In this document: in pieces, positions 46,402 to 60,795 of the stretch
Layout: every line of letters begins with the position of its first letter
Position numbering within the stretch: position 1 is the stretch's first letter
Assembly (NCBI GenBank): GCA_964016885.1
Contig: OZ024741.1
Coordinates: 97,774,001-97,838,000 of the forward strand
DNA length: 64,000 bases
Source of the DNA: Eledone cirrhosa
Taxonomy: Eukaryota
Direction: 5' to 3'
Translations under genes and position numbers: made by a program
Notes under the pieces: generated by a model
What the model saw: only the letters and a program-made list of their open reading frames with translations
Told to the model about the DNA's origin: nothing
Databases searched by the model: none

Positions 46402-46972
46402 AGAAGAAGAAGAAGAAGAAGAAGAAGAAGAAAAAGAAGAAGAAGAAGAAGAAGAAGAAGAAGAAGAAGAAGAAGAAGAAGAAGAAGAAGAAGAAGAAGA
46501 AGGAGGAGGAGGGTTGGGAATGTGTTGAACCATTTCTTTCACGTATAGGATAAATCTAACTATCAGCCGAGTGTGTGGTGACGATTGAATCAGCGGCATC
46601 CTTCAGAAGGGAGATGTCGCAAGTCTTTCTTTGCTTTGTAACTATAGCGAAGGAAGCTGTCTGGTGGAGTTGAAACTTATTTCTCGGCGAAGCTCCCACC
46701 AAACTTTGCAAGTACCGCTTGAGTATTAGAAGGAAGAGAGGGAAGTGCTGCCTTCTAGAGTGAGTTCTGAATGTTGTTTGGCAGTGGCTAGATTGATGAG
46801 GTTGAATGCATCTAGTCTGAATTAGCTCGATGAAAATGACAGGAAGAACAAACTTCCAATGTATATGTGGCAACAAACTCATCCGTGCTACTGTTTTGGA
46901 TATTCATTTCTAGTTGAGAATGTTTAGCGTTTTGTACTAGTGCCATGGCTATGTATTAGATTTGATGTTATT

Positions 46973-46974
<2 letters not shown>
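46402..46974. repeat. Right copy of the inverted pair, with (GAA)n on both sides
   Basis: Reverse complement of 40520-41082. Confidence 0.9.
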
Positions 46975-47004
<30 letters not shown>

Positions 47005-47090
47005 CCAAATGGAGGCGCAGGAGGAGGATGCAGAGGAGGAGCACCAGTGGTCTAAGAAGAGGGTTATAAGTATATATATATATATATATA

Positions 47091-47925
47091 CGAGGTGTGT
47101 CAGAAAAGTTCCAGGACTGATGTCACAAAAGATTTATTTCAAACCCAAACTTCACACTAATAGTTTTCTCCTTCAAAGTAATCCCCCTTGAGTCTAATGC
47201 ACTTTTCTATCCTTTTCTGCCACGCTTGCAGGATTCTTCCGAGATTCTCCACAGTTCCGTCGTCACGGCCTTTTAGATGTCGTCCACGTCTTCAAAACGG
47301 GTCCCCTCCGAGTCGTACTCGAAGATCCATAACTCATCACCGGTGATGACTGTCCCTAGCAAAGCTGGCTCAGTTTCAAGATGCTCGAGGATGAGCCAGG
47401 CACACTTGTATGCGTCGACCCTTCTGGTCATCGTTCAGCAGTTTTGGCACCATCTTCGTGCAGACTTTCCGCATGTCCAAATCTTCCAGACGGTCCCGAT
47501 TCATGCCCAGCTCATTTGCCATCAGTCGAACAGTCAGCCGACGATGGCTACGCACCATCTGCCTGACGCGCTCAACGTTGACCTCAGTCCTGGTTGTTGA
47601 GGGCCTTCCACGTCCTTTCGTCCTTCTTTAAACCTCTTGCACAACTCAAAAACACGTGAGCGTGACATCGTCTCATCTCCATACACTTGCTGCAGTAATC
47701 CCAGTGCTTCTGACGGAGTTTTCAAGTTTGTTCGTTGCTCTGTGCTCATTGCTTGACGGCCTGAAACAGAGGACATGTATATAAAATTTGATCACTGCAG
47801 AGAGCTAAGATTACAGTTACATACTCCAGAGGGATTACTTTGAAGGAGAAAACACTTAGTGTGAAGTTTGGGTTTGAAATAAATCTTTTGTGACATGAGT
47901 CCTGGAACTTTTCTGACACACCTCG
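47091..47925 (-). mobile_element. Internally deleted mariner DNA transposon
   Basis: ~95 bp TIRs (cgaggtgtgtcagaaaagttcc...) and TA flanks. Transposase remnants VYGDETMSRSRVFE..KRFKEGR, GRPST, VPKLL and VITGDELWIFEYD. Confidence 0.92.
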
Positions 47926-48773
47926 TATATATATATACCACAGACCAGACAGAACGCAAATATTTGACAGAGACGATGAGTACACACTAACCTACCACCA
48001 CCACAGCACTACTCTAGTATAGAAGAACTGCTTCGGACTTTATTTGACACACGACATTGAGTATTTCAGTTGTACGCACACGATAAAGAGCGAAGACCAC
48101 GGCTTGTCCTTCTCCAACGCAACCTTTTTCTCCTCGGAAAAAACCTCAGTTGGTAGATGTGTAATCCAAAATATAGGGACTATTAAATCAGTTCCAAGGT
48201 AACTCTAACTCCGGTTATTATTTCTGACACTTTCCCTACGTTCTTTTACTGTCTCTAGGTCTCTTTCTACGCTTACTCTTACATCTCTCTCTCATTACCA
48301 GCTCATTATGTCATCCGGAGATTTAGCCGTCTGCATTGTTGAGGCTTCCAAAACGACCATTTTTATTATCCCACAATGCTTCAAACAAATTTCAACACTC
48401 TCATATATATATATATATATCTGATTTCTCTCGATTGAAACAGTTCTATTCTAGTAGAAGCCATTTCTATATTAAATATTTATACTCTTCTATGTATTGA
48501 GAATCTTACTTACTGTGGTTTCCCCCGATTGAACCCGGGATAAACTTTATCTACATATATATATATATAGTATTAAGGATACAATTTATGGTTATGTATA
48601 TACTAAAACTTTTTATAGTTATATATATTTTAAACCCTAAACAGTGAAAGACAGTAATTTATTACTACCTTGTTACCAGTAAGATAAATAGCTCAATATA
48701 ATAACATCAGTTGTTCTACAGAGCAGTTATATAGAAATCACATGAATCAAAGTTCTGTTCAAACCATTTATTA

Positions 48774-48818
48774 GCTTACAATTGTTTCGTCCAAACCGAG
48801 GATTGGAGTCTTCGGAGC
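48774..48818 (-). ncRNA. Hammerhead motif (family M), U4C variant
   Basis: GCT-CCGAAGA-c-TCCAA..TTGGA-c-GAAAC-AATT-GTA-AGC. Confidence 0.65.
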
Positions 48819-49285
48819 AATTGTTCAATGATTGTTTACATACATGACCTCCTTTCTAACACAAGAGACATACAGAAACATATGTATATATCGATGCACA
48901 GTGGGGTGACATCCATTATAATATTTGTGCATGGCAATTTAAATTCAAAAATTAAAATCATATTAAAATACAACATCGGCAGTTTACGAAGATAATGCAA
49001 GAGGATAGTTTGTTAGTCATTTGAAGTAGTTAGAGCATGCGATAGTTATACGTGAGGCATGCACGTGTGTCTTATTTATATAAGATTATTGTGCGGCAAG
49101 GTGTTATATGCAATACAAGCACTTTAAGCAGGTAATCAAGAGTATTATGGGGGTTGTATTGGTAAAGTATTTTTTATGTATGATAAAGAAGATTGTGTGC
49201 AGAGAAATATTATAAATGAGAAGCAAAAAAATGTTATGGTTTTTGTATACACCACCATTTTCACAATCCAGGAAACGTTTCCATG

Positions 49286-49827
49286 TACAGTCAATTAAAC
49301 AGAATTAGGTGTAAAATAAACGAGGAGAAAATAGAATACATTTATTTACCTCTACCATGGTTTCGTCCGCATTTTGAGATTTCCACTAACTTTGGAAGCT
49401 CGAGCATCGGACTTTTCAGGAGTTTTGCTCTAATCTAGACATTAAATTTTCCAAAGTGATCGCGCCAAGAATGTTTATAAAATAGCTAAGAATCGTGACG
49501 TAGCAGCGGTCAGGTTGGAAGGGATATGGTTGCTACTTACGGCTGGTGGCTTTTTAGAGGTAAATAAATGTATTCTATTTTCTCCTAGTTTATTTTACAC
49601 CTAATTCTGTTTAATTGACTGTATCTGGGCGATTACGCTGACGAAATATTCGACAAATATTCCGTCGCGGCCGACGCGATGGGCTAGTTTCGGTTATTTG
49701 TTGGAGATTTCTTCATAAAAGCCTTATTCTTATAGCCTGGTCTATTCGATTTTTTATATAGTTAATTATGCTAATTGGGAGTGGAAATGGTATATATTTT
49801 ATCTGGTGATTCTATAGACATGTTTTA

Positions 49828-49898
<71 letters not shown>

Positions 49899-50502
49899 AA
49901 TGTGATGATTTGAACAGAGTAAAGGATGATAAATCTATAACAATCAAAGAGAGCGATAAAGAGAGTGCGGTCGTCCAGATGGAGACAGAATATCATACAA
50001 CTCTAGTGCTCTCCATTTTAGAATACGAAGCAGGCTACGAACAGGCCGAACGCTACAGTCACCAGAACATAATGAGAAACTTAAAGTCTCTGATAAACCT
50101 AAACAGAGATAAACTTACTGACAAGAAATACAACTATATCACTCACTTCAAAATTTAACCCTGTCTTTTTTACGGTACTTCTAAGATACATAAAAGTGAA
50201 AATATAAGTAAGGCATACAAGGGATCTACAGATATATTCATCAGTGACCCATCATATCGTGACCTCCAATTAAGACGTATAATAGTAGGCCCCGCTTGCG
50301 AACCCACTGCCTCGGCATCTTCCTGTATACCTTATTAAAATTATTCCTAAAAATATTGAAACCATTTCTAAACACAATAAAAGCTACATAAGGGACAAAC
50401 TTGATATGCTCAACCAGCTCCCCAAAACACTTAATGAACAAACCGTACTAGTGTCTATTGATGTAGTCAACTTATATTCAAATATCTCGCACAACCTAGC
50501 AA
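49286..50502 (+). mobile_element. 5' part of a Neptune/Poseidon-like PLE preceded by an inverted pLTR (family N)
   Basis: Arms 49286-49354 and 49555-49623. RT N-terminal remnants ITIKESDKESAVV, FYGTSKIHK, LKPFL..IKSYIRD and LVSIDVVNLYSNISH. Confidence 0.78.
49350..49422 (-). ncRNA. Hammerhead motif (family N), G8A variant
   Basis: CTC-CTGAAAA-GTCCG...CGGAC-GAAAC-CATG-GTA-GAG, with palindromic ACCATGGT. Confidence 0.7.
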
Positions 50503-50525
50503 TATATATAAATATATATAAATAT

Positions 50526-52960
50526 ATATACGATATTAATAAATGGAAACTATATTTATAAAACCATATTTATTTCATTATACATATTTCATGGATACCA
50601 AATTAAATTATGGTATGCCTTCATCAGACAAAATACAATATATAACAGTTTTACAAATAAGCTTTGACGTACCCTTTTAAGATGCAACCATTATTTTTGG
50701 AAGCCATCTGGATAGTGAATTGTTTATATTATTTTAATAAGTCTTAGTGTTAAGGACAATTAAAAAAAGACGGAGAGAAAGAAAAAAGACGGAGAGAGAG
50801 AAAAAAAAGAGAAAAAGAAAAAAACGTGGTGAAATATCAGAGAGAGAGAAATGCATGGAGAAAAAAGAGAGAGATAAATAAAGACAGGAGGAAAGAAAGT
50901 AAAAAGAAAAAAGGAAGAAATAAGAAAAACAGAGGAAAGCAACAGAGAGATATCAAGTCATCAGACAGATAGAAAGATTCAAGAGAGAGAAATAATATAT
51001 ATAGAGAGGGGAGATAATGAAAACGTTACGTCATGTCATATTAAGTTGAGTTAACAATTTATATGAAATGAATAATAAAAATATAAATATTAATATTCAT
51101 GAATGGGACATAAATATATAATATGAGAAATTAACATTGTTTAATAATGATTATATGTTTAGTTTAAAACTTGAGATCAATATACTAAAATTTGAGTTTA
51201 AGCATCCAAAATGTACACATTGCTAGAGAAACCACTATCTTACGGCAAAGATAGACAAATATATATATATATATATATATATACACACGTCCTGAAAATA
51301 GAAATTATATCTACTCAGGACTACAATATAGACATACAAAACGCAAATGATTTCTCTTAATCACTGCTATACATTCCTTGTGTTTTAAAAAGTTCACAGT
51401 ATATATACATAAATATATACGATTAACATTCATGCCTTCATATATACGATTACCATTCATACATTTAACATTCTGTTAAAATTATGCATATCTGCAATCA
51501 AGACTGCGTGGGTAGGCATGCACACACATAACTCTCACCCACACACATACATATATATATATACACATACATATGTATAAATAAATATTTGCGTGCGTCT
51601 TCACCAATTTTTAGACCCGCATCGCTCATGTACACATACAGACAGATATACAATCATAAAAAAACATATAACACTTTTATATGCATGTTAATACACACAT
51701 ACACATTTGTATGGAGATAATCAAATATCAATATGTTACTAAGGATTATACTTTGGAAATATAATTATAACAATATGAATTTAAAATACCAAAGGATTTT
51801 TTTTGGAAATACGATTATATCAGTATAGTCTAAAGGACAAACGAATTCTATAAATATCAAAACATTAAATATCTTTAAAACACTATAGAGTATCTTAAGT
51901 TAAAATAATATGTTTCATATATTTAGTATAGAAATTTATCCTACGTTTATTTTAATCAAGATATTGAAAGGGTAGACTTATGAAAATTATGAGAAGATAT
52001 CAGAATCAAAACAAATCTAATAAAAATAAATAAAAATAAAAATAAAAATAAAAATAAAAATAAAAATAAAAATAAAAATAAAAATAAAAATAAAAATAAA
52101 AATAAAAATAAAAATAAAAGTTAAATAAATATTATATCAATATAATTTAAAGATTTAAATATTTTAAAAAGTTTAAAAAATTTAAAAATTTAAAAATTTA
52201 AAGAATTTAAAAAAGCCAAGGATTCTACAGATATCCGTATAGAAATTTATCTTACGTATATTTTATTTAAGACATTGGAAGTATAAACATTTTAGAGTAG
52301 TTTATTATATCTATGTTTATATTTAGGAAGAAAATTTAAAAAGAAAAAGGTGAAGGAATCTAATGATTTATCGACAGGTTTCATATATTAACTAAATTAC
52401 TTAATTAATTATACTACATTTTAAATTTATATTTATATTTAAACGTTGAGTTCAATCTATGTCTGCAGCAACTGAATAAATTATTCCTTAAATTAAGGGA
52501 ATTTTTGGACTTTAATGTAAAGAATATTTCTTCAATACAAAGATCACAATTTTCTGAAGAGGAATTAAAAGGAGTAGCTTTTGAAATAATATTTTTTTTG
52601 AAATAATATTTTTTTCGTTCTCTCCGTCTTTTTCTAATTGTCCTTAACACTCAGACTTATTAAAATAATATAAACAATTCACTATCCAGATGGCTTCCAA
52701 AAATAATGGTTGCATTTTAAAAGGGTACGTCAAAGCTTATTTTAAAACTGTTATATATTGTATTTTGTCTGATGAAGGCATACCATAATTTAATTTGGTA
52801 TCCCTGAAATATGTATAATGAAATAAATATGGTTTTATAAATATAGTTTCCATTTATTAATATCGTATATCTACTCCAAATACTTGTCGAGTGCTTTATA
52901 TATATCAGTTATACAAATATTTACTTGTTGTATCCCAACAATTTTAAATAGAACTTTTGC

Positions 52961-52962
<2 letters not shown>
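50526..52962. mobile_element. Family J element: long inverted arm (GIY-YIG C-terminus plus 3' UTR, minus) and short tailed arm (plus)
   Basis: Arms about 50526-50770 and 52630-52870, tail 52871-52962. 52414-52600 encodes IISKATPFNSSSENCDLCIEE...LNLRNNLFSCCRHR, tying family J to Naiad-type PLEs. Confidence 0.82.
52023..52119. repeat. (AAAAAT)n hexamer tract in PLE 3' UTR
   Basis: Read directly. The complementary tract at about 14517-14590 lies in another PLE UTR. Confidence 0.9.
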
Positions 52963-53008
<46 letters not shown>

Positions 53009-53389
53009 TTGGGTCATGTTCACTTAAAAATGATTTATAAATGATTAAAATACACACAGATATGTCTGTCTTTCAATCTTCTGTCTCACAACCACTATCT
53101 CTTCCTTCTCTCTATATATATTGATGAAGGTAGCCGGAAAAAACCCGTATTTCGGGAACTCGTGAAATTTGTTTTATTCCATTTGTATTCCCATTTCAGG
53201 GGCAACTTCCTTTCAAAGTATTTTATCGTTATGCGCCGTTTCGGCTATATTAAATTACAGACGAGACACAATTACAGAGTTTTAGTAGTTTATAGGGATA
53301 TATGGTCAAACCGACACGCGTGCTACCCTACCGCTTTGAACTAGTACCGGATTTTCCAGCCATTAACTGCTCATAGGTAAGATGTCTCT

Positions 53390-53700
53390 CTGGAGTAGCA
53401 TCATTCTCGATAACCTCTTTGCACATGACTCATATTTGTCAGCAGTAAGATGAACCCGCTATATGACGAGAAAATCCTTCCGATGGGGAAAGCTACGAAC
53501 GCAGTTGTCAACCTCCGTCATCGTATCTGGCGTAAGACTGGAACTATTCACCAAGACACAGGTCTATAAACCGTCTTGTTAAGCACACTCTTTTAAGGGT
53601 TACAATCTCAAACAACTTCAAATCTTTCAGAATGTTTATCTGCAGGCAATTTTCACAAAGAGCAAAATTGTAGGCATTGTATGTTTCCCATGCAATCACA
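53390..53700 (+). mobile_element. Highly decayed RTE LINE remnant
   Basis: MGKATNAVVNLRHRIWR..., then TKTQVYK. Confidence 0.45.
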
Positions 53701-54367
53701 ACTACGCTGGTGTGGCCTTGTTAACATAATATGAGACCGTTCAGCAAGTAGACATGGAAATGAAAGACGGGAGAAAATTGGGTCATAATGGGATCAGGAA
53801 TTTTGAAACCGTCTGTTTCCATCGACAATAAGAATCAGGGAAAAGGCAAAAAAATATCATACCAGCAAATTATCACATAATACTCATCCATGGATTTGTT
53901 TGCACATCCTTGGTTGGCCTGAAATGTCATGTCCGCCATAAACTCACGAAATGTATCAAATTAGATCTTCATAGTACATCGCAATCGAGGGGGGGGGGGG
54001 GGGGGGGTATCTCATTCTCTCTTCTTCGCGTCTCTCTCTCTCTCTCTCTCGAGAGAGAGGGGGGGAGCAGAGAGAGAGATACATATACAACTGTTGTTTA
54101 TGATAACTTTTACACATATACATTATCATATATACAGTTCGAAATGCAATTTCGCGCACTCTATTATACACAGATTCTCCTTCGCCCACTCTCAAATATA
54201 AGCAAGTAAACACACTCACACAATCGCACATACTCCCACACACATAGACTTCATGTACAGATACATGAAGAGGTCTATGCAACAGTTGAATATACATATT
54301 GCAATATGTATCAGTCACCACAACTTTATGTACATTTTCACTCTCATATATATATATATATATATAT

Positions 54368-54675
54368 AATTAGAAATTAGAAATTATAAGCTTTCACGGT
54401 ATTTTAGACTAAAGAAATTTCTAGCCTGATAGTGGGGTTTATAACCCTCGGAGAAATGGAAAAAGATGAGTGTTGCCGTACACAGCATGCCGTACATCCC
54501 ATGTACGGCAACACTCATCTTTTTCCATTTCTCCGAGGGTTATAAACCCCACTAACAGGCTAGAAATTTCTTTAGTCTAAAATACCGTGAAAGCTTATAA
54601 TTTCTAATTTCTAATTTTCAAACTCGCGCACCGTTTTAAAAACATACTTACATGTTTACATTTATAATTTGCTTG
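54368..54675. mobile_element. Fold-back element with tail, within (TA)n
   Basis: Arms 54368-54482 and 54502-54616, tail 54617-54675. No complete hammerhead found. Confidence 0.8.
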
Positions 54676-54688
54676 TATATATATATAT

Positions 54689-54719
<31 letters not shown>

Positions 54720-54924
54720 ATATAAGATCAAAAGATGGTTAAAAGAGTTCCATGTATTTTATTATGCGCATTTCAAAAACAAATATCATCATGATATGAC
54801 ATTTGCGTTTTCGTCAGATAAAATAGGGATACATGATATGAAGGTTAAAAAAGACTTGTGAATAGTTGAGTTTTAAATCAATATATGTTGATTTAAAACT
54901 CCACTATTCACAAGTTTAAAACTC

Positions 54925-57140
54925 CACTCTCACTAGAGCCCTGTATGAGAGGAAGCAGCTTCACTGGGATGCCGTGCGCCTGCATTATACGCCATAGGTC
55001 TTCCCGATCTACCGAGCCGAAGGCAGCTGCAAAGTCGATGAAGCAGAGGACGGTAGGCTGTCTATTTGCCCACCGTTGTTCCAGGACACGCCGGAGAATG
55101 AAGATTTGATCAACGCATCCCCTCCCCGGACGGAAGCCGCCCTGAGAAGGACGGGTACGGACATCACCGATGGCCTGGAACCTCTTCAGCAGAAGAATTG
55201 CGAAGGTCTTGGCAGCAACGTCAATTAAACTGATACCCATGTAATTGGAACACAGTTTCCTGTCCCCCTTTTTGAAGAAGGGTAGGAGAGATGGCTCGCT
55301 CCATTCACCAGGGAACCGCTCCGTCGCCCACACCGTGGAGAAGACTCGATGGAGCCAAGCTGCGAAGACATCAGGCTCGGCCTTGTAGACCTCAGCTGGA
55401 ACGTCATCTTCGCCCGGCGACTTGTTCCGGAGATGTCTTGGATCGTCTCGCTGATACCCGTACTGCTTCGCCTGGCCAGCTTCACCAGTTGGTAGAGCTT
55501 GCGCGAGTCACCACAGGCTGCTGCCCTCTCAGTCTGCTCCGCAAACCCGCACTTGTGTGCATTCCGATCGACCCGAATAGCCCGAGATGTGCGACATCGG
55601 AGATCTCGAAGATTAGGTGCACCCTCGAGTCGGGCCACTCTCGCCCTCTCTGCGAGTTCATGAGTGCCGCTGGAGATCTAGTCCCGATGGCGTCTTCGGG
55701 TCGATCCGAGATGCTCCCTGGCCACCTCAACCTTTGCCGCCCTGAGCGCGTTCCACTCCTTCCCCGGTTGCTGTTCCGCTTCGTTACTCAGCATTTGGAA
55801 TCGGTTTCGCAGCTCTAGCCGTAAAGCATTTCCAGCATCGAGCTTGAGTCGCGAGATGTCGATCATTTTCTGGCGATTGGGAGGAGGTTTCGCCCGCAGC
55901 CGCAGACGAAGTGTTGATCGAACAAGAGTATGGTCTGACCCATGCTCACAGCCCGTATCAGCCACCCGATACGCACGCGAGTCCATCACTGAGCTGGCCC
56001 ACCGAGATCACACCAGGATGTAGTCAATCTGATTGGCTGGTCATCTGTCATTGGATCGCCACGTGACGAGGTGACGGCGAGGATTTTGGAACCGGGTGTT
56101 GGTGACGATAAGACGATTGGCATGCGCGAAGGACACGAGCTGTTCACCATTGTCACAGCGTACGCCTAGGGCGAAGCGTCCTAGAATATGCCGTGTTGTA
56201 TCATCAGCCGGCTCTGTCCGCGTAGTCCAGTCCCCAGCGACAATAAGAGCATCACTGGAGGGGATGCCATCCACGGTTGTTTCGAGATCGGCATAGAACT
56301 GTGTCTTGTCCGCCACGTTCGCATTGAGTGTGGGAGCATAGACAGCAATTACCCTGACGATGGAGATGTGACCCTTCAATCGAACCAGCGCGAGTCGGTG
56401 TGAGATCGGCTGCTACGCCAGCAGAGCCGCTTGCGCGTCGGAGCCGAGCGCTACAGCGACCCCGTGAAGGCCACTGTTCTCAGTCACGCCACTATGGTAC
56501 AAGTGGTAGTAGATGTCCTCGCCAGGAACTTTGATCGGAAGATGACCAACATCGGGAAGTCGAACTTCTGAAAGGCAAGCGACACTAACGCAGTTCGTGT
56601 GCAGAGCCTTAATTGTAAGTGCCTGGACACCGTCGTCACGAATTGTTGGGACGTTCCAGCACGCCACCCTCAATTCCTTCCTTCGTCTGAAGAGCGGGAC
56701 TACTGTGGGAGTAGTCTGTAGAGCCATAGCGGTAGGAGCGCTGTTGCTTTGCATTGCGTTCGTAACGGGAATGCAATTCGTATTCATAGTGCGTATTTGT
56801 AGGATTCATGGAAGAAGTGTCATGGGAGTAGTGAATTCACAAGCGGTCCCCAAAAAACCCGCATGTATATCCCAAACGAGGGAAAAAAACGTCCTTATTG
56901 CCGCAGATTCTCCACAGACGCAGGGACAGAAACGACCCGAAGCCGCCGGTTACCGGAGCAGACACCTCTTGGATTTTCACCAGAGTCCCTTTTGCCGGTT
57001 TGCGGCCCTAATACCACTGGGTGCCAGACCAATCCGCCTTGGGTGGCCCTACCAGGAACTGGAGTTCCCGACGGCATAGCTCTAACACTACCCGTTGCCA
57101 CCGCCCAGCCACGTTGAGGAGGGGTTGGACTTTCAGTCAA
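54925..57140 (-). mobile_element. RTE-clade LINE (AP endonuclease plus partial RT), 3'-truncated with internal deletions
   Basis: RVACWNV, ACLSEVR, IAVYAPT, VAGDW, IDYILV, SDHTLV, KKGDRKLCSNYMGISL, QGGFRPGRGCVDQIF and FIDFAAAF. Confidence 0.93.
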
Positions 57141-57299
57141 TTGCTAACCTGTTTAGACGTGTTTCCATTGCTCTCTTGATTTGTTTTATCTCTCTATCCA
57201 TTTTGGTCTCTTTCTGAACTAAAAGCTCTCACACAACACACTTCGCACGCATTTCTCCTCGCTGACCTCGACACTTGTATCCGAGCAACAGCCGAGGAG

Positions 57300-58135
57300 A
57301 TATGCAACGTCACTTTTGACGACATTGGATGGTAATAGGCCACATTACCTGTCAGTTATGGCGGCTTTGGACTCCGGTCCCCGTTCTCACTGGGTTTGCC
57401 GGCGTTTCTTTCGTCGGTAACCTCATGCCGCGTCCTCGTCAGCAGGGTTCTTCAAAACACAATAGAACACTCTGTGTTCAGAGAACATGAAGCCGCCTGT
57501 GAGACGTCGGACCGGCTAGGACTTAGCCCAGTAGACGTCCCTCCTCCTTCTCTCCATGCTGACGTCAAGTTCCCCCAAATCACTTGGGATGCCCTCCAGT
57601 GCACCCTGGCCTCAGCCAGGTTCACGCGCCAGCTCGATCAGAACCGCCTTGCCTGTTTTCGTGCGGCCTCCAAACCCCACATTGGTGCCTGGCTCCATGC
57701 CCTACCCTCCTTCTCCACTGGCACGCAGCTAGAACAAAATAGCCTGCGCATCGGCGTTTCACATCAACGAGGTCATAAAGCATGCCTTGGACGCTGTAGC
57801 CTTCCCTTCCTAGCTCGAGCCGGTGGGGCTGGATTGAGGGGTCAGAAAAAGGCCAGATGGTTTGACTTTCTTCCCGTTCCGCGGTGGCAAACCCCTCGTC
57901 TGGGTCCACTTGCACCGACACTTTCTGCAATCTGGTGCAGTCTACGACAAACCCAGGTTCTGCTGCACGTTGGGCTGAGGAGGCCAAACTCCTCAAATAC
58001 AGGTCACTCTCCGACAGGTTTGCGGTAGTACCATTGGCAGTGGAGACTTCTGGTGTCCTCGACCCTAGGGCTACCTCCCCACTCACCACGATAGGTGTTG
58101 AGCTGGCCAGTCGCTTTTCCAGTGCGTCACCGTTG
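57300..58135 (+). mobile_element. CRE-clade non-LTR retrotransposon C-terminal remnant (restriction-like endonuclease)
   Basis: ATLPVSYGGFGLR, GAWLHALPS, KRPDGLT, TCTDTF, GSAARWAEEAKLLKY and PLAVETSG. Confidence 0.8.
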
Positions 58136-59874
58136 CCGTCCTCCAAGGAAACGCCTTTTCCATTCTGTCCACCGGGGCTGTGTGTGTGTGTTGCATTACG
58201 TATCATTCCGCTGAATCAAGTTTTGAAAGTCACCTTCTATTTGTTTTCATATCAGATGCTTAAGAGTCTTTCAGCTTATCTTTCACTATTAATTTTGTTT
58301 ATGTTAAACATTAAAATACATACATGACAACAAAAGATACATCATCACATTCGCTGCAACTTCCGCTCTCTTCTCATCTGCTGCTGCCGATGCTGATGAT
58401 TTTCCAGTCAGAATAGAAGACAGCTTCTATTCTGGTCAATCGTAGCTTAGTATGGTCGTGTATTTTCTGCTCTCTTGTTTTGTTCTATCTATACACCAGC
58501 ATCATACAAACATAACATTTGATTCTGTTGCTTGGGCTAGCCTTACAAACATGATATTTCCTTTTTGCCGCGCAAAATCAAGAGGCTAGATGGAAACTGA
58601 CGATATGTTTACCACGCAATCATTCTCAATCTATTTTACGTTTTTCAACTTTTCTCCAGTTTTATCTATCTTTATTCTCCATGTCAAATGGTATACTCCA
58701 TCGCTCTCATGCCCTTTTTTTCTTCTCTCTCTCTACACCTCTCCCAATACTCATCAAATGCTTTACATTCTATTCTTGTTTTTCTCTTTCTCTCCTCTGA
58801 CGATTCTGACCGTCCTTCCGTTCATAAGAAGTTATATTTTAACCAGACTTCTTGCTATATATATATGAATTAAGTGCAAGAATTTCAAGCGTTGGTGCAG
58901 TAATGCGCCAGCTTCAGCATTAAGTCATTAGCAGAAGGGAGGTAGTTGTAAAAGTCATATTCAGTTCGGTTTTTGTGCGAACCCTTACCTATTTTCATGA
59001 ATCTTGTGTAATGACCGAAAGAATACGATCCCGAATACAAGCGGCCAACATGGAATTCCTCCGAAGGGTTTTGGATAAATGTTACTCGATAAAGTTCGTA
59101 GTGTGACGATCAGAGAGTCACTCCAGATAGAGCCGCTACTTCTCCGAAATGAAAATACCATTTGCATACTATTAGCACTATTGTTTTTAAAATGTACTTG
59201 TAAACATTCACAATTGAATTTCACACTCTTCTTTAATATATATTCATATAGTATAGTAACAAAGTATATATCCCCGTGTAACATTTTTTTCTTTTTACAT
59301 CAGCGACGTGTGATTAAATGAGTTTATATATAAGAACACATAGAAAAATACATGATGTGACAATCAGCTTTTTGGTATGTTCATAATCATTCAAATTCTT
59401 GTTTGACATAGCTATGCAATTGTTACAACATACAAGATACGATATGTTTTAGCACCGAATATATTCGTGTTTACTGAGCATTTTCTTCTAAAGTAGCCTT
59501 TATAGTCCACTACACCATTCGGTAGGCAGAAAAGAAATGACAATTGCGGGTTTATATGCGTACATATGTGTGTGCGTGTCGCGATGTATGACCGTTTGAT
59601 AAAGGACTTATATGCATATGTTTCAATGTGGTTCTGACTTATACAGGGTGTATTTAATATATAATCTTAAGTATATATATATATATATATATACCAAAAT
59701 GTTATTTGATGTCCGGTATATACAGTGTTACATATGTTTGTAAAACTGCCTGTACTGCTCATTTGTAATTGTATGTTCTGACTTTCTTTGCAAATGATCT
59801 CCTGTTTTAATGCTTGATGCTTCTATATATATGTCATTCGCTTTTGCAGTTACACACATGCACAAACAGACACA

Positions 59875-59965
<91 letters not shown>

Positions 59966-60496
59966 GTGTGTATGTATGTGTGTGTGTACGTGTACATGTG
60001 TGTGTACGTGTGTTCTGCATAGAAGTATTTATCTATATACACACATATATACATGTTTTAGATCGGGTAAATATATCTGCTCTTGTGTGTATTTGCATAT
60101 GATATATATATATACTTACCTGTATGAGTTCGACTTTTCTTAAAAGTGGTGTAGAATGTAATTACATATTTGTTGAACAGAAAAGGAGTGGATAAACAAT
60201 GGAAATATTTGCATATTAAAATATCGTAAGTATTTCGTGTCAGCAGAACATTTAAACATTTCATTGGCACGAAAGGGGGAACTGTATATATATATGGACA
60301 CATGTATGCACTTAAACTTACACGCATACGCATTTATACACACTCATAGAAATATAGGAGGTATAGACATACGTTACTCAACACTGTTACATAGATAATA
60401 CACTTAGGTGTATTTTTCCTTTATTGATAGTGCATATATACATACATATATAAATAAATGTATAAATATGTGTATGTTTGGATACACGCACACATG

Positions 60497-60527
<31 letters not shown>

Positions 60528-60603
60528 ATATATATATCAAACACACTGCCTTTTGATCTAACATTTACACACATTTAAACACACACAAAAGCACATACTC
60601 ACC

Positions 60604-60641
<38 letters not shown>

Positions 60642-60795
60642 AAACATATATTTTTTGTATGTGTGTGTGTGTATGTGTGTGTGTGTCTGTGAGTGCGTGT
60701 GTCAGTGTGTCTGTCTGTTCGAGTTTGAAGGCACCAGAATTAGCGTTGTTTTGTTGGCCATGACACATTATTTCCCATTATTCCATTTTAATCAG

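Noticed and set aside
54502-54616. Hammerhead in the fold-back arm (GAAAGCTT)
   Set aside because: No CTGANGA box or stem I found.
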